A stretch of DNA of 64,000 nt from Deltaproteobacteria bacterium (GTDB taxonomy: Bacteria; Desulfobacterota; Desulfuromonadia; Geobacterales; Pseudopelobacteraceae). This document shows, piece by piece, positions 1-10,047 of this stretch. Position numbers and translations under genes: made by a program. Where the stretch lies: positions 4,948-68,947 of the forward strand of contig JACPFJ010000028.1 of assembly GCA_016182975.1 (NCBI GenBank). Reading direction: 5' to 3'. Below the pieces are notes generated by a model. It did no database searches and had not been told where the DNA came from. It saw only the letters and a list, made by a program, of their open reading frames with translations. The first letter of the stretch is position 1. Each line of letters begins with the position of its first letter.

Positions 1-1
1 G

Positions 2-571
2 AATCCGGTGCGGGCGGTGATGGTGAAGCTCCCGGAGGATTACCCGTGGAGCGGCCATCGTGCGTATCTCGGCAGGGAAACACTGCCGTGGTTGACAACC
101 GATTGGGTACTCTCGCTTCTCGGCCGGAGAATCGATTCTGCCCGCAAGGCTTACCGGCAATTCGTTGCTGATGGAATGGATGAGGGGAAAAGGGACGAGT
201 TTCACAGCGGAACATGCGAGGGACGTATCCTGGGTGACGACGACTTTGCCGATGACGCTCTGTGCAAAGCGAATCAGATTCGTAGGCGGGAGTGGACGCT
301 GACGGAAGTCGTCGCTTCTGTTTGCCGCCGGTACGGGATTACAGAGGAACAACTGAGGTCGCCGGGCAAGGCTCGGACTTTCAGTGAAGCGAGAGCGCTT
401 GCCGCTGTAATCGTACAGGAATCACCACACCTTTTCCTGACAGAACTGGGGAAGTTATTCAACCGAGATGTGTCAACCATTGGCAAGGCGGCGCAAAGAA
501 TGATATATCGTTCTCAGACCGATGATCCGCTGGCAACGAATATCGAAGCAGTACGGAGAGACCTGGGGTAA
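2..571 (+). mobile_element. C-terminal part of a REP-associated tyrosine transposase (RAYT / TnpA-Y1 HUH) with a DnaA-C-terminal-like HTH; 5'-truncated by the window
   Basis: Reads NPVRAVMVKLPEDYPWSGHRAYLG (the NPVRA..YxWSS tail of Y1 transposases), then ILGDDDF and an HTH tail (ARALAA..LTELGKLFNRDVSTI). The HUH and catalytic Tyr motifs lie outside the window. Confidence 0.75.
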
Positions 572-580
572 ATGTCCAAA

Positions 581-661
581 TGTCTAACCCGACCCCAGAG
601 CCCTTCCGACCCCAGAGCCCTTCCAACAAAAAGGGGATCGGAATTCGTCTCCCCGACCCCC
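581..661. repeat. RAYT-flanking CCGACCCC motifs with a 17-bp tandem duplication
   Basis: ccgaccccagagccctt at 589-605 and 606-622, and a third ccgacccc at 653-660, just after the RAYT stop. Confidence 0.7.
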
Positions 662-719
662 ATGACTCGGTCTTGCCTACGTTCCCCCTCCTCTTTGATC
701 CCACAACAGCACTCTAATG

Positions 720-1010
720 TTAACGGCCTTTGTTGATGAGTTGCCTGATGAACAGCCCGGAATCTATCTCTTCCAGTTCGGGCACTTCAGCTTCCTCGGC
801 CTCCTCGGCTTCCTCCTCCTCAGCTTCCTTCATCTCCTTGGCCTTCTCCTTCTCGAGTTTTTCTATCTTGTTCTTAACAGCGACCCCGTGTTTCTTGTCG
901 GGCGGCACCGCACCGACGCTCGTCACCATCGCGAACGCCAAGGTGATTATTGATGTGGCGAGAAGGGACGCCAACCTTTTCAGGTTTCCGACGATATCGA
1001 AGTTTCTCAT
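720..1010 (-). CDS. Small hypothetical exported protein with an acidic EEAE-repeat tail
   Basis: 96-aa ORF with a hydrophobic N-terminal segment followed by a Lys/Glu-rich region. Confidence 0.5.
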   Translation of the reverse strand: MRNFDIVGNLKRLASLLATSIITLAFAMVTSVGAVPPDKKHGVAVKNKIEKLEKEKAKEMKEAEEEEAEEAEEAEVPELEEIDSGLFIRQLINKGR

Positions 1011-1261
1011 AGGGACACTTCCTTCCTTCTTACCCCATTACCCTTTTCATGGATGGGGTAACCGATTGACCACCCTTCTATCTGATCAAAGGATACCAAT
1101 TTTGTCCTTTATTATCAAGGGCACGGGGGCAGGGGTGCGGCGCAGCGGCAATATCATCTCTGGTGCGGTTTATGGGCAGGCCGAATACACGAATGCCTCC
1201 CGGGCTCTTATACCCAGAAGGCATTCTCATTGAAGGGGAAGGGGATTCGCGGAGCGGAAAA

Positions 1262-2080
1262 TCAGCCGGTGTAGGACGAGTAGAGCTGCTTGACCCTGAC
1301 CAAATACTCCCGCGTCTCGGCCGGCAGGCGGCCGGGGCGCTTGTCCACGTTGCCCGGCCCCCAGTTGTAGGCGGCCAGGGCGGAATCCAGGTCGCCGTTG
1401 TAGCGGTCGAGCAGGTCGCGCAGGAACCTGGTCCCGCCCATGACGTTCTGTTCCGCGTCGAAGGAGTCGCTGACGCCCAGGGAACGGGCGGTTCCGGGCA
1501 TGAGCTGCATCAGGCCGCGCGCCCCGGCGTGGGATACGGCGTTGGGGTTGAAGTTGCTCTCGGCCTTGATGACCGCCTTGATCAGCCCCATGTCTACCCC
1601 GTAGCGGCGGGAGGCCTTGGCGATGATCGGGTCGAGCCACTGGCTTCCCTGCGCGCTCGGGACGGATTGAGGGGGTGTAATCGAGGGTGTTTCGGTAAGT
1701 TCCTGGAGTTGAGACGGGGCTTCGGGCGGTTGAGCCGGGACGCCGTCGCTTTCCTGTTGATTGGCGTTGTAGGCCTGCAGCAGCGCCTGGATGGCGGACG
1801 ATTGCCGGCCGAGCAGGGGAGAGGTCGCGGCCTCGGACGGCGCGTCCCCGGCCAGGGTCATGGTGGTGTGGAGCATCTGCAGGTTGAGGGCCTCCGCCAC
1901 TGCCTGCGCCTTGGTCTGCTCCGACCGCGCTTCCTGGCCGTTGCCGCTCAGCAGGCTGTCCAGTTTGCCGGCAAAGAGACCGTCCGGCTCCGCCCCGCCG
2001 CGGGCCTCCGTCCGCTCGGCGGATTCCTTGGCCAGCAGGGATGCGAGCAGCGACGGTTTTTCGTAGATGCCGATGGTCAT
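1262..2080 (-). CDS. Lytic transglycosylase (SLT domain) protein
   Basis: AVIKAESNFNPNAVS-GARGLMQLMP and ALAAYNWGPG motifs. Confidence 0.92.
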   Translation of the reverse strand: MTIGIYEKPSLLASLLAKESAERTEARGGAEPDGLFAGKLDSLLSGNGQEARSEQTKAQAVAEALNLQMLHTTMTLAGDAPSEAATSPLLGRQSSAIQALLQAYNANQQESDGVPAQPPEAPSQLQELTETPSITPPQSVPSAQGSQWLDPIIAKASRRYGVDMGLIKAVIKAESNFNPNAVSHAGARGLMQLMPGTARSLGVSDSFDAEQNVMGGTRFLRDLLDRYNGDLDSALAAYNWGPGNVDKRPGRLPAETREYLVRVKQLYSSYTG

Positions 2081-2087
2081 GGCTCCC

Positions 2088-3482
2088 TTACTCCTCGCGG
2101 TAGGTCAGGTTCTTCTTCTTGAGCTTCTCGATCAGGGTGGTCCGCTTGAGGTTCAAAAGCGAGGCGGCCTCCTTCTTGTTTCCTCCGGTTCGCGCCAGCG
2201 CCTGCAGGATCAGGTTGTTTTCAAACCGGTCAACCGCCGCGTTGAGGCAGATCCCATCCTCAGGCAGTTCGTCGTCCGTCGGCAGGGAAGGCGCCTGAAC
2301 CAGCACCCGGCCGGAGAGGTATTTCTCCGGCAGGTCGTCGGGGGTTATGAAACCGTTGTCCTTGAGGATCACCATCCGCTCGACCAGGTTCTCCAACTCG
2401 CGCACGTTGCCCGGCCAGTTGTAGTTGCAGAGGGTGTCGAGGGCGTCGCGGGAGAACCCCTTCACCGCGTGCCTCCGGTCGCTGTTGAAGCGTGTCAGGA
2501 AACTGTGTATCAAGAGCGGGATGTCTTCACGCCGTTCCCGCAGCGGCGGGATGGTGATCGGGATTACCGAGAGGCGGTAAAAGAGGTCTTCGCGGAAATC
2601 CCTGCTCAGCACCAACTGCTCCAGGTCCTTGTTGGTGGCGGCGATGATGCGGACATCGACCTTCTGCGGTTTGGACGACCCCACCGGTTCGAATTCCCTG
2701 CTCTGCAGCACCCGCAGGAGCTTGACCTGCAGATTGGCCTTCATGTCGCCGATTTCGTCCAGGAAGAGCGTCCCCTTGTCGGCCATCTCGAAGCGGCCGG
2801 CCCGGTTGGCATAGGCGCCGGTGAAGGAGCCCTTGACATGGCCGAACAGTTCGCTCTCCAGCAGGTCGTCGGGGATGGCGGCGCAGTTGACCGGGACGAA
2901 ATTGCGGTTGTTCCTGCCGCTCAACTGGTGTATTGCCCGTGCTGCAAGTTCCTTGCCGGTGCCGGACTCTCCCTGGATCAGAACGGTAGCGCTGGATTCG
3001 GCCACCTTCTCGATCATGCTGAACAGCGACAGCATGGGGGCGCTTCTGCCGATGATGGTCGAGCAGAGTATGTGCGGGTGGCTGGCGGCGTCGCCGGTGG
3101 CGCCGGAAAACCTCATGGCCTGGTACTCGGCGGCGCGCATGACCAGGCTCTCCAGTTCATCCAGGTTGAGCGGCTGCGGCAGGAACAGGAAGCTCTCGTC
3201 GTTGGGTGGATGGGGGAGTTTATCGTCCTTGCTTCCGTAGCCGATAAGTACAAGGGGAGGGACAAGCTTTCTGGCCCGCTCGATAAAATCGGGGACGATG
3301 GAGTACAGATAGGGCAACTCGGCGATGACGACCATTACGCGCTGTTCCCGAATGGTGTCAAAAATAGATGCGGCGTTATCTTCCTGGGCGATATCATATC
3401 CCTGATATGTCAAAAAGGCCGATACCAGGTCACGGCTCTTGCGGTCACTGTCTGCGATCAGGATTTTTCCGGCAGTGTGCAT
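2088..3482 (-). CDS. fgrM: Sigma-54 enhancer-binding protein with a degenerate receiver domain; probable flagellar master regulator (FgrM/FleQ-like)
   Basis: [21 protein letters not shown] and a Fis HTH; divergent from a che operon, as recalled for Geobacter fgrM. Confidence 0.72.
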   Translation of the reverse strand: MHTAGKILIADSDRKSRDLVSAFLTYQGYDIAQEDNAASIFDTIREQRVMVVIAELPYLYSIVPDFIERARKLVPPLVLIGYGSKDDKLPHPPNDESFLFLPQPLNLDELESLVMRAAEYQAMRFSGATGDAASHPHILCSTIIGRSAPMLSLFSMIEKVAESSATVLIQGESGTGKELAARAIHQLSGRNNRNFVPVNCAAIPDDLLESELFGHVKGSFTGAYANRAGRFEMADKGTLFLDEIGDMKANLQVKLLRVLQSREFEPVGSSKPQKVDVRIIAATNKDLEQLVLSRDFREDLFYRLSVIPITIPPLRERREDIPLLIHSFLTRFNSDRRHAVKGFSRDALDTLCNYNWPGNVRELENLVERMVILKDNGFITPDDLPEKYLSGRVLVQAPSLPTDDELPEDGICLNAAVDRFENNLILQALARTGGNKKEAASLLNLKRTTLIEKLKKKNLTYREE

Positions 3483-3708
3483 GGGGTACCGTTGTTCCTA
3501 GGGATTTGAATGCCGCTGGGCGAATGGTCGACAGCATAATGCGATTGTGCCGTAAAAGTCAAGATAATGACTCTAGGAAATTTAGATGGTGACATTATTT
3601 TGATTTTCTGTTCCAAGTCGCCGGAACCGTCAAATTTCCTCGGAGAAATAACGCAAACAAATTTTATCCCGCTTGATAAAGCGCGGCGTACATGGTAGAT
3701 TTGCCTGA

Positions 3709-3734
3709 TTAAAAAACAGCCAAATAGCCGATGT
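3709..3734 (+). promoter_or_regulatory. Possible sigma-28 (FliA) promoter of the che operon
   Basis: TTAAA...GCCGATGT about 40 nt before cheW; spacing is slightly short. Confidence 0.3.
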
Positions 3735-3775
3735 CAAGGGCGTATTGAGATAATTTCCATCCGGAGGAGGAAATC

Positions 3776-4270
3776 ATGAGTGGTGCACTAGTACCGGTAA
3801 AGGCCGACGAGTCCCGCGGCGAACTGATCCAACTGGTCAGTTTCAATCTCGATCAGGAAGAGTATGGGGTCGATGTCCTCAAGGTTCGCGAGATCATTCG
3901 CATGCCCACGGTGACCCGCGTCCCCAACACCCCCCTTTACGTGGAAGGGGTCATCAACCTGCGCGGCAAGGTTATCCCGATCATCTCCATGCGCAGGAAG
4001 TTCGGCCTGCTGGAGGCGGACAACGACAAGCAGACCCGCATCATGGTCATGGACGTGGATGGCGAACTGATGGGTTTCATCGTCGATGCCGTATCCGAGG
4101 TCATCCGCATCTCGGGCAGCGAGATCCAGCCGTCTCCTGCTGTCGTGGCCAGCGGTATCGACCAGGAGTGCATCGCCGGTGTGATCAACCAGACCGAGCG
4201 CCTGCTCGTGCTGCTTGACCTGGAGAAGATGTTTTCGCAAGACGAAAGAAGGGTTTTCAGTTCCTTGTGA
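3776..4270 (+). CDS. cheW: Chemotaxis coupling protein CheW
   Basis: YGVDVLKVREII, EGVINLRGKVIPII, GFIVDAVSEV; GGAGG RBS. Confidence 0.95.
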   Translation: MSGALVPVKADESRGELIQLVSFNLDQEEYGVDVLKVREIIRMPTVTRVPNTPLYVEGVINLRGKVIPIISMRRKFGLLEADNDKQTRIMVMDVDGELMGFIVDAVSEVIRISGSEIQPSPAVVASGIDQECIAGVINQTERLLVLLDLEKMFSQDERRVFSSL

Positions 4271-4313
4271 TGTGATGTAAGCGTAATGCCAAGCCCTGCC
4301 GAAGGAGATTGCA

Positions 4314-6140
4314 ATGCCCATTGATTGCGAAGACCAGGAACTTCTCGAAGGTTTTCTCACCGAGACGACCGAACTGTTGGAGAAGCTCGACGACGATCTC
4401 GTGTCCCTGGAAAAGTCGTCGGAAGATGCCGAACTGCTCAACCGGATCTTCAGGTCCATTCACACCGTCAAGGGGGCTTCGAGTTTTCTCGGCTTCGATT
4501 TGCTGGTCAAGGTGACCCACAAGACCGAGGATGTCCTCAACCGGCTCCGCAAGGGGGAGTTGCCGGTGAATCCGGATATAATGGATGTCATCCTCGAAGC
4601 GACCGACCTGGTCAAGCTGCTGGTGAGCGACATCAAGGCGGGGGAGATCCAGGAGCGCGAGATCGATGGGACCATTGCCAAGCTGTTGCCGCTGCTCTCC
4701 GAGAGCGCAGCCGCGCAGGCGCGGGCCGTAGAGGCGCCGGCAACGGAGGAGGCGGCTGCACCAGCGGAGCCGGTAGTTACGCCAACGCCCGAGGAGTCCC
4801 CGGCGGCCGAGCCTGCCGCCCCGCCGGTCCCGGCGCAGGAGCCTTCTCCCGAGCCTCCCCGGAAGGCCGCCGGCGAGGTGGTGCCCAAGAAGGCGCCGCA
4901 GCCTCCCAAGCAGGCCGAGGGGAAGGGAGAGGACCTTTCGGACAACACCACGGTCCGTGTTGATGTCAAACGCCTGGACGACCTGATGAACCAGGTCGGC
5001 GAGTTGGTCCTGGAGCGCAACCGCATGATCCAGCTTAACCAGGACCTGCAGCAGGGGGAGACCGGCCGGCCCGACTTCAACGAGGAGTTCGGCAAGCTTA
5101 CCAAGCGGATGAACTTCGTCACCTCCGAGCTGCAGATGCAGGTGCTCAAGATGCGCATGATGCCGGTGGACAAGGTTTTCAAGAAGTTCCCCCGCATTGT
5201 GCGCAGCCTGGCCCGCGACCTGAGCAAGGAGGTTGACCTGCAGATCTACGGCGAGGAAACCGAGCTGGACCGCTCGGTCGTGGATGAGATCGGCGATCCG
5301 CTCATCCACCTGATCCGCAACGCCCTGGACCACGGCCTGGAGACGCCCGACGAACGCATCGTCGCCGGAAAACCGCGCACCGGTACGCTGATCCTCGCGG
5401 CCATCCACGAAGGCAACCAGATCATCATCAGCATCAAGGATGACGGCCGCGGCATCGACACCGACAGGGTCGGGCGCAAGGCCGTCGAAAAGGGGTTGAT
5501 CGGCGAGGACCAACTGGCGGCAATGAGCCAGCGCGAGATATTCGACCTGATCTTCCTGCCGGGCTTCTCCACCAAGGAAAAGGCCTCCGACCTGTCCGGC
5601 CGCGGCGTCGGCATGGACGTGGTCAAGACCAACATCAAGAAGTTGAACGGCCTGATCGAGATCAAAAGCGACAAGGGTCTCGGTTCGGAGTTCATCCTGC
5701 GCCTGCCCCTGACCCTGGCGATCATCCAGTCGCTGCTGGTGGAGGTGGAGGGCGAGATCTACTCGATCCCGCTCTCCTCCGTACTGGAAACCCTGCGGGT
5801 TGACCAGCGCCAGTTCCATCTGATCGGTGGTCAGGAGGTGCTCAAGCTGCGCGATATGGTGCTTCCGCTGATGAGGCTGCAAAGGATATTCAACGTTCAG
5901 CAACGCTACGACAGAGACGATTTCTGCTATGTCGTGGTCATCGGCGCCGCCGACAAGCGCATGGGGCTTGTGGTGACACGCCTGGTCGGACAGCAGGAGG
6001 TGGCCATCAAGTCGCTGGGGAGCTATCTGGCCAACATCCCCGGCATTGCCGGCTCCACCATCCTGGGCGATGGCCGGGTGACCCTGATCATCGACCCGGT
6101 GGGTCTCATCGACGGCGGCGACGGCGGTTCCGGCCGCTGA
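4314..6140 (+). CDS. cheA: Chemotaxis histidine kinase CheA
   Basis: Hpt FRSIHTVKG, HLIRNALDHG, SGRGVGMDVV and a C-terminal CheW domain. Confidence 0.96.
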   Translation: MPIDCEDQELLEGFLTETTELLEKLDDDLVSLEKSSEDAELLNRIFRSIHTVKGASSFLGFDLLVKVTHKTEDVLNRLRKGELPVNPDIMDVILEATDLVKLLVSDIKAGEIQEREIDGTIAKLLPLLSESAAAQARAVEAPATEEAAAPAEPVVTPTPEESPAAEPAAPPVPAQEPSPEPPRKAAGEVVPKKAPQPPKQAEGKGEDLSDNTTVRVDVKRLDDLMNQVGELVLERNRMIQLNQDLQQGETGRPDFNEEFGKLTKRMNFVTSELQMQVLKMRMMPVDKVFKKFPRIVRSLARDLSKEVDLQIYGEETELDRSVVDEIGDPLIHLIRNALDHGLETPDERIVAGKPRTGTLILAAIHEGNQIIISIKDDGRGIDTDRVGRKAVEKGLIGEDQLAAMSQREIFDLIFLPGFSTKEKASDLSGRGVGMDVVKTNIKKLNGLIEIKSDKGLGSEFILRLPLTLAIIQSLLVEVEGEIYSIPLSSVLETLRVDQRQFHLIGGQEVLKLRDMVLPLMRLQRIFNVQQRYDRDDFCYVVVIGAADKRMGLVVTRLVGQQEVAIKSLGSYLANIPGIAGSTILGDGRVTLIIDPVGLIDGGDGGSGR

Positions 6141-6143
6141 GTC

Positions 6144-6215
6144 AGGGACCGGGGACTGGGGACCGGGGATTGGGGATTGGTAAAAGCTTTTACTAGTCCC
6201 TGGTCCCCGATCCCT
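6144..6215. repeat. Heptamer tandem repeats (GGGGAYY) forming an inverted-repeat hairpin
   Basis: agggacc-ggggact-ggggacc-ggggatt-ggggatt, a central taaaagctttta palindrome, then complementary agtccct-ggtcccc-gatccct. Confidence 0.85.
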
Positions 6216-6247
6216 CACGTTATAAAAGAGCAGCGAAGGGATAGAGC

Positions 6248-7075
6248 GTGTCAATTTCGGATAAAGATTTCGAACAACTGCGGGACTTCATCTATAACAT
6301 CTGCGGTATGTACTTCCACTCCACCAAGAAGTATTTCCTGGAGAGCCGTCTAACCCGCAGGATGGATGCCACCGGGACCAACTCCTATCAGGACTATTAC
6401 CAACTCCTCAAGTCCCTGCGGGGGGGAGAGGAACTGAAGTTCCTGATGGACGAGATCACCACCAACGAGACCTACTTCTTCCGTAACGTGCCCCAGTTGA
6501 ACGCCCTGGAGACCAAGCTGTTGCCGGAAATCGTCGAGTCCAAGACCAAGATGGGTTTCCGCAAGCTGCGCATCTGGAGCGCCGGCTCATCGTCGGGCGA
6601 AGAGGCCTACACGCTATCCATGATCCTGCTGGAAAAGCGCGCCGGGCTGCTCAAGGATTGGATCATCGAGATCATCGGCACCGACATCAACGAAACGGTG
6701 ATCTCCCAGGCCAAGGAGGGGATCTACAACGCCTATTCGGTCCGTAACATCCCCGACCTTTACAAACGCAAGTATATCCGCGAGGACGGCGGCAAGTTCA
6801 TCCTCTCCCCCGACGTGAAGAAGTTCGTCACCTTCAACAAGCTCAACCTATATGATGACTCGAAGATGATCTTCATGAAGAGTTTCGACTTCATCTTTTG
6901 CGCCAACGTACTGATCTATTTCGATACGGCATCCAAATCCAAGGTTGTCCAGCACTTCTACAACAACCTGCAGCCGTACGGCTACTTTTTTGTCGGCCAG
7001 TCCGAGTCCCTGCACGGGGTCAATGACAAGTTCAAGACGGTGCATTTTCCCGGTGGTTTCACCTATAAAAAATAG
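6248..7075 (+). CDS. cheR: Chemotaxis methyltransferase CheR
   Basis: TTNETYFFR, IWSAGSSSGEEAY, FCANVLIYF. Confidence 0.95.
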   Translation: MSISDKDFEQLRDFIYNICGMYFHSTKKYFLESRLTRRMDATGTNSYQDYYQLLKSLRGGEELKFLMDEITTNETYFFRNVPQLNALETKLLPEIVESKTKMGFRKLRIWSAGSSSGEEAYTLSMILLEKRAGLLKDWIIEIIGTDINETVISQAKEGIYNAYSVRNIPDLYKRKYIREDGGKFILSPDVKKFVTFNKLNLYDDSKMIFMKSFDFIFCANVLIYFDTASKSKVVQHFYNNLQPYGYFFVGQSESLHGVNDKFKTVHFPGGFTYKK

Positions 7076-7092
7076 CCTGAAAGGTTTGAAAC

Positions 7093-7989
7093 ATGGATAA
7101 AGTCGCAATGATCGCAAAAGCCGAGCAACTGGTGGCGAAGATCGACGATCTGCCCACCATCCCGGTGGTCGCCACCCAGGTGCTGCAGCTCCTCGACCAG
7201 CCGGACGTGCGGATCGAGCAGGTGGCCGATCTGATGCTTTCCGACCAGGTCATGGCGGCTCGGGTGTTGAAGATGGTCAACTCGCCGGTCTACAAGCCGG
7301 GCCAGGAGATCACCTCGCTCAAGCGGGCCCTGGTCTACCTGGGATTGAAGCATATCCGCGAGGTGGCGCTGACCACCTCGTTCATCGATGCCTTTGATGA
7401 GAATGCCGGCGCATTCGAGATCAGCACATTCTGGGAACACTCCTTCGGCGTCGGCATGGTGTCCAAGATAATCGCCGGGAAGATCGGCTATCACGACCAG
7501 GAACAGGCCTATATCGCCGGCATCATCCACGATCTCGGCGAGGTGTTTCTCAGCAACTTCCTGCGGGATGAATTCCAGGCGGTGTTGGACAGCATCAAGG
7601 ACAAGCCGGTCAAGCTGGTTGACGCCGAAGCGGAGCAGCTTGGCACCAGCCACTGCGAGATCGGTCTCTGCATGGCGCGCAAATGGAACTTCCCCGAGGT
7701 GTACTGCGAGGTGATCGCCTATCACCATACCCCTTCCGAGGCGACCATCGACCCGGTCCTGTGCGCCATCGTCAACCTCTCCGACCTGTTTTGCAGCGTG
7801 CGGGAGCTCAACTACGGCGGCAGGGAGTGGGTCAGCTTCAATCTCTTCGAAGAGCAGGCCTGGCAGATCCTGAAAAAGGAGTCGCCCAGCCTGGCCGAGC
7901 TCGACGTGGAACGTTTCTGCTACGAACTTGACGATGCCATCCCCGACGTGAAAGAGCTGGTCAGATCTATCTTCAACTCAAAGGAATAG
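7093..7989 (+). CDS. HDOD domain protein
   Basis: LPTIP, ARVLKMVNS, FWEHS, GIIHDLG, IAYHH. Confidence 0.9.
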   Translation: MDKVAMIAKAEQLVAKIDDLPTIPVVATQVLQLLDQPDVRIEQVADLMLSDQVMAARVLKMVNSPVYKPGQEITSLKRALVYLGLKHIREVALTTSFIDAFDENAGAFEISTFWEHSFGVGMVSKIIAGKIGYHDQEQAYIAGIIHDLGEVFLSNFLRDEFQAVLDSIKDKPVKLVDAEAEQLGTSHCEIGLCMARKWNFPEVYCEVIAYHHTPSEATIDPVLCAIVNLSDLFCSVRELNYGGREWVSFNLFEEQAWQILKKESPSLAELDVERFCYELDDAIPDVKELVRSIFNSKE

Positions 7990-7999
7990 GCGGACCCAA

Positions 8000-9082
8000 A
8001 TGATCGCTCCCCGGACAGGAAAAACGCGCTTACTGATCGTTGACGACTCGTCGTTCATGCGCATGGCCATCCGCAGCATCCTCTCCAAGGAACCGACCAT
8101 AGAGATTGTCGGCACGGCTGCCGACGGCGTGGAAGGTGTGGAGAAGGCGGTTGACCTCAAGCCCGACGTGATCACCATGGACGTGGAGATGCCGCGCATG
8201 GACGGCATTGCCGCCCTGCGCCAGATCATGGCCAAGGCGCCCACCAGGGTGATCATGGTCTCGACCCTGACCAATGAAGGGGCGCGGGCCACCTTTGAGG
8301 CCCTCGATGCCGGCGCCATCGACTATATACCCAAAAACGTCACCGACTCTCCCGATGCCCAAAAGGTATTCCGCGAGGAGCTGCTGCACAAGATTCAAAT
8401 GGCGGTCGGATCGCGCTTCTTCCGCCCTGTTGTAACGCCCCCGGAACGCCAGGCAGCGGCGCCTCCCCCGCTACAGCGCCATGTCGCCGGCAAGCTGGCC
8501 GGCAAGAAGATCGGTTACGTGGGGATCGGGGCCTCCACCGGCGGGCCGGTTGCGCTTCAGGAGGTGCTCTCCCGCATCCCGGTCAATTTCCCCTACGGCA
8601 TCATCGTCGGCATACACATGCCCAAGGCCTTTACCGGTCCCTATGCCGACCGCCTGAACGCCAAATGTTCCATGACGATCCGCGAGGCGGTGGACGGTGA
8701 CGTCCTCAAGCCGGGGCTGGCCCTAATCGCACCCGGCGGCATGCACACAACACTGGTGCGTCAGGGGGCGAACGTCGTGGTCAAGGTTGCCCCCACCAGC
8801 GCGTATCCCCAGTATATCTACGTCCCTTCGGTGGACCTGATGATCTCGACCATGGCTGAGGCCACTCACGGTTCCATGCTGGGGGTCATCCTGACCGGGA
8901 TGGGCAACGACGGTTTCAAGGGGATGCAACTCCTGAAGGGCAAGGGGGGGGTCACCATCGCCCAGAACGAGGCGACCTCGACCATTTACGGCATGCCCAA
9001 GGCCTGCGTGGACGGCGGCGTGGCCGACGAGGTGCTGCCTCTGGGGCAGATCGGGTTCGAGATCGCCAAGTTCGCGGGGTAA
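8000..9082 (+). CDS. cheB: Chemotaxis methylesterase CheB
   Basis: Receiver domain plus GASTGGP, HMP and LTGMGNDG. Confidence 0.96.
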   Translation: MIAPRTGKTRLLIVDDSSFMRMAIRSILSKEPTIEIVGTAADGVEGVEKAVDLKPDVITMDVEMPRMDGIAALRQIMAKAPTRVIMVSTLTNEGARATFEALDAGAIDYIPKNVTDSPDAQKVFREELLHKIQMAVGSRFFRPVVTPPERQAAAPPPLQRHVAGKLAGKKIGYVGIGASTGGPVALQEVLSRIPVNFPYGIIVGIHMPKAFTGPYADRLNAKCSMTIREAVDGDVLKPGLALIAPGGMHTTLVRQGANVVVKVAPTSAYPQYIYVPSVDLMISTMAEATHGSMLGVILTGMGNDGFKGMQLLKGKGGVTIAQNEATSTIYGMPKACVDGGVADEVLPLGQIGFEIAKFAG

Positions 9083-9087
9083 ACGGC

Positions 9088-9124
9088 GGTTCGAGGTTCA
9101 AGGTTCAAAGTTCAAAGTTCAAAG
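9088..9124. repeat. Heptamer tandem repeat (RGTTCAA) x5
   Basis: ggttcga ggttcaa ggttcaa agttcaa agttcaa. Confidence 0.85.
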
Positions 9125-9152
9125 GGCGGCCTGGTTATGGTCGCCCTTTTTT
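9121..9152 (+). terminator. Intrinsic terminator after cheB, possibly bidirectional
   Basis: aaagggcggcc-tggttat-ggtcgcccttttt between convergent genes. Confidence 0.8.
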
Positions 9153-9153
9153 G

Positions 9154-9345
9154 TCAGCGCTGTGCGTGAACCACCAACCCCTTGGCGGTGGTTTGCACCT
9201 TGCAGTTGGAATATCCGAGCCGCTTCAGCCGCCACAGGATGAAGAAGGCGGCAATCGGATGAACCCCCGGCAGGAACAGGGGGAAGTGATCGACGGGAAG
9301 CGAGCGGATTGCCCGCCAGGTGGCGGAAATGTTAGTTCGCTTCAA
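9154..9345 (-). CDS. Small hypothetical protein
   Basis: 63-aa basic/hydrophobic ORF ending at the terminator; TTG start uncertain. Confidence 0.5.
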   Translation of the reverse strand: MKRTNISATWRAIRSLPVDHFPLFLPGVHPIAAFFILWRLKRLGYSNCKVQTTAKGLVVHAQR

Positions 9346-9748
9346 AAGGATTTAAGAGAACCGCGCCTGTTCGCATCACATCACGAACATTACGCGTAAC
9401 CAGGGTTAGATTGTGGTGAAGCGCCGTCGCCGCCAAGAGTCCATCTATGACCGAGATGGGATCGGGTATCCCCATTCGACCCCAACAATCGGCAATTTCG
9501 GCCGTGACCGGCAGAATTCGGTCGCCGGCCTCACCTCTGACGGAAAAAAGCCAGTTTTCAAGTCGTTCCGCACCTATTTCGTCACGACGACGCATCAGTT
9601 CAATTCCGTGACGGATCTCTCCCAAGACGAGTGTCGAAATGTGGATGTCCTCCGAAGCAATGGAATCAAACCAGAGTCGAACGTTGGCATCCATGCGCGC
9701 GCCTTTCCGCAATTCCGAAAGGACATTCGTATCTATCAGGAATCCCAT
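9332..9748 (-). CDS. vapC: VapC-family PIN domain toxin
   Basis: FLIDTNVLSE, IDGLLAATALHHNLTLVTRN. Confidence 0.92.
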   Translation of the reverse strand: MGFLIDTNVLSELRKGARMDANVRLWFDSIASEDIHISTLVLGEIRHGIELMRRRDEIGAERLENWLFSVRGEAGDRILPVTAEIADCWGRMGIPDPISVIDGLLAATALHHNLTLVTRNVRDVMRTGAVLLNPFEAN

Positions 9749-9960
9749 GACACATCCCTGCGCCCAAAATCCCTCTGCCGCGCAAAATCCTCGTCCGTGC
9801 CGACGTCCGGCATATCCGCCAGTAATGATTTGAGGGAGCGACCGGGCTTGTCATTTTCATCAAGCGGCCAGAGGATAATCTCCAGACGCCTGTGTTGCAA
9901 TTCCAGCGGCAGTGGCAAGAGCGGAGGTGCATCATTAATTATTTGTCTAATGGGTTGCAT
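9736..9960 (-). CDS. Probable antitoxin paired with VapC
   Basis: 74-aa ORF (MQPIRQII..LLADMPDVGTDEDFAR) overlapping the vapC start; GGAGG RBS. Confidence 0.72.
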   Translation of the reverse strand: MQPIRQIINDAPPLLPLPLELQHRRLEIILWPLDENDKPGRSLKSLLADMPDVGTDEDFARQRDFGRRDVSWDS

Positions 9961-10047
9961 ACTGTTTACCTCCGGATAATGGATAAAACGTAAACAATAA
10001 CAATATATCACCAATAAACTTGTAATGCACTGAATTCAGGTGAATTC

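Noticed and set aside
4700..4940. Pro/Ala/Glu-rich stretch in cheA as an insertion
   Set aside because: This is an ordinary flexible linker in a CheA lacking a P2 domain.
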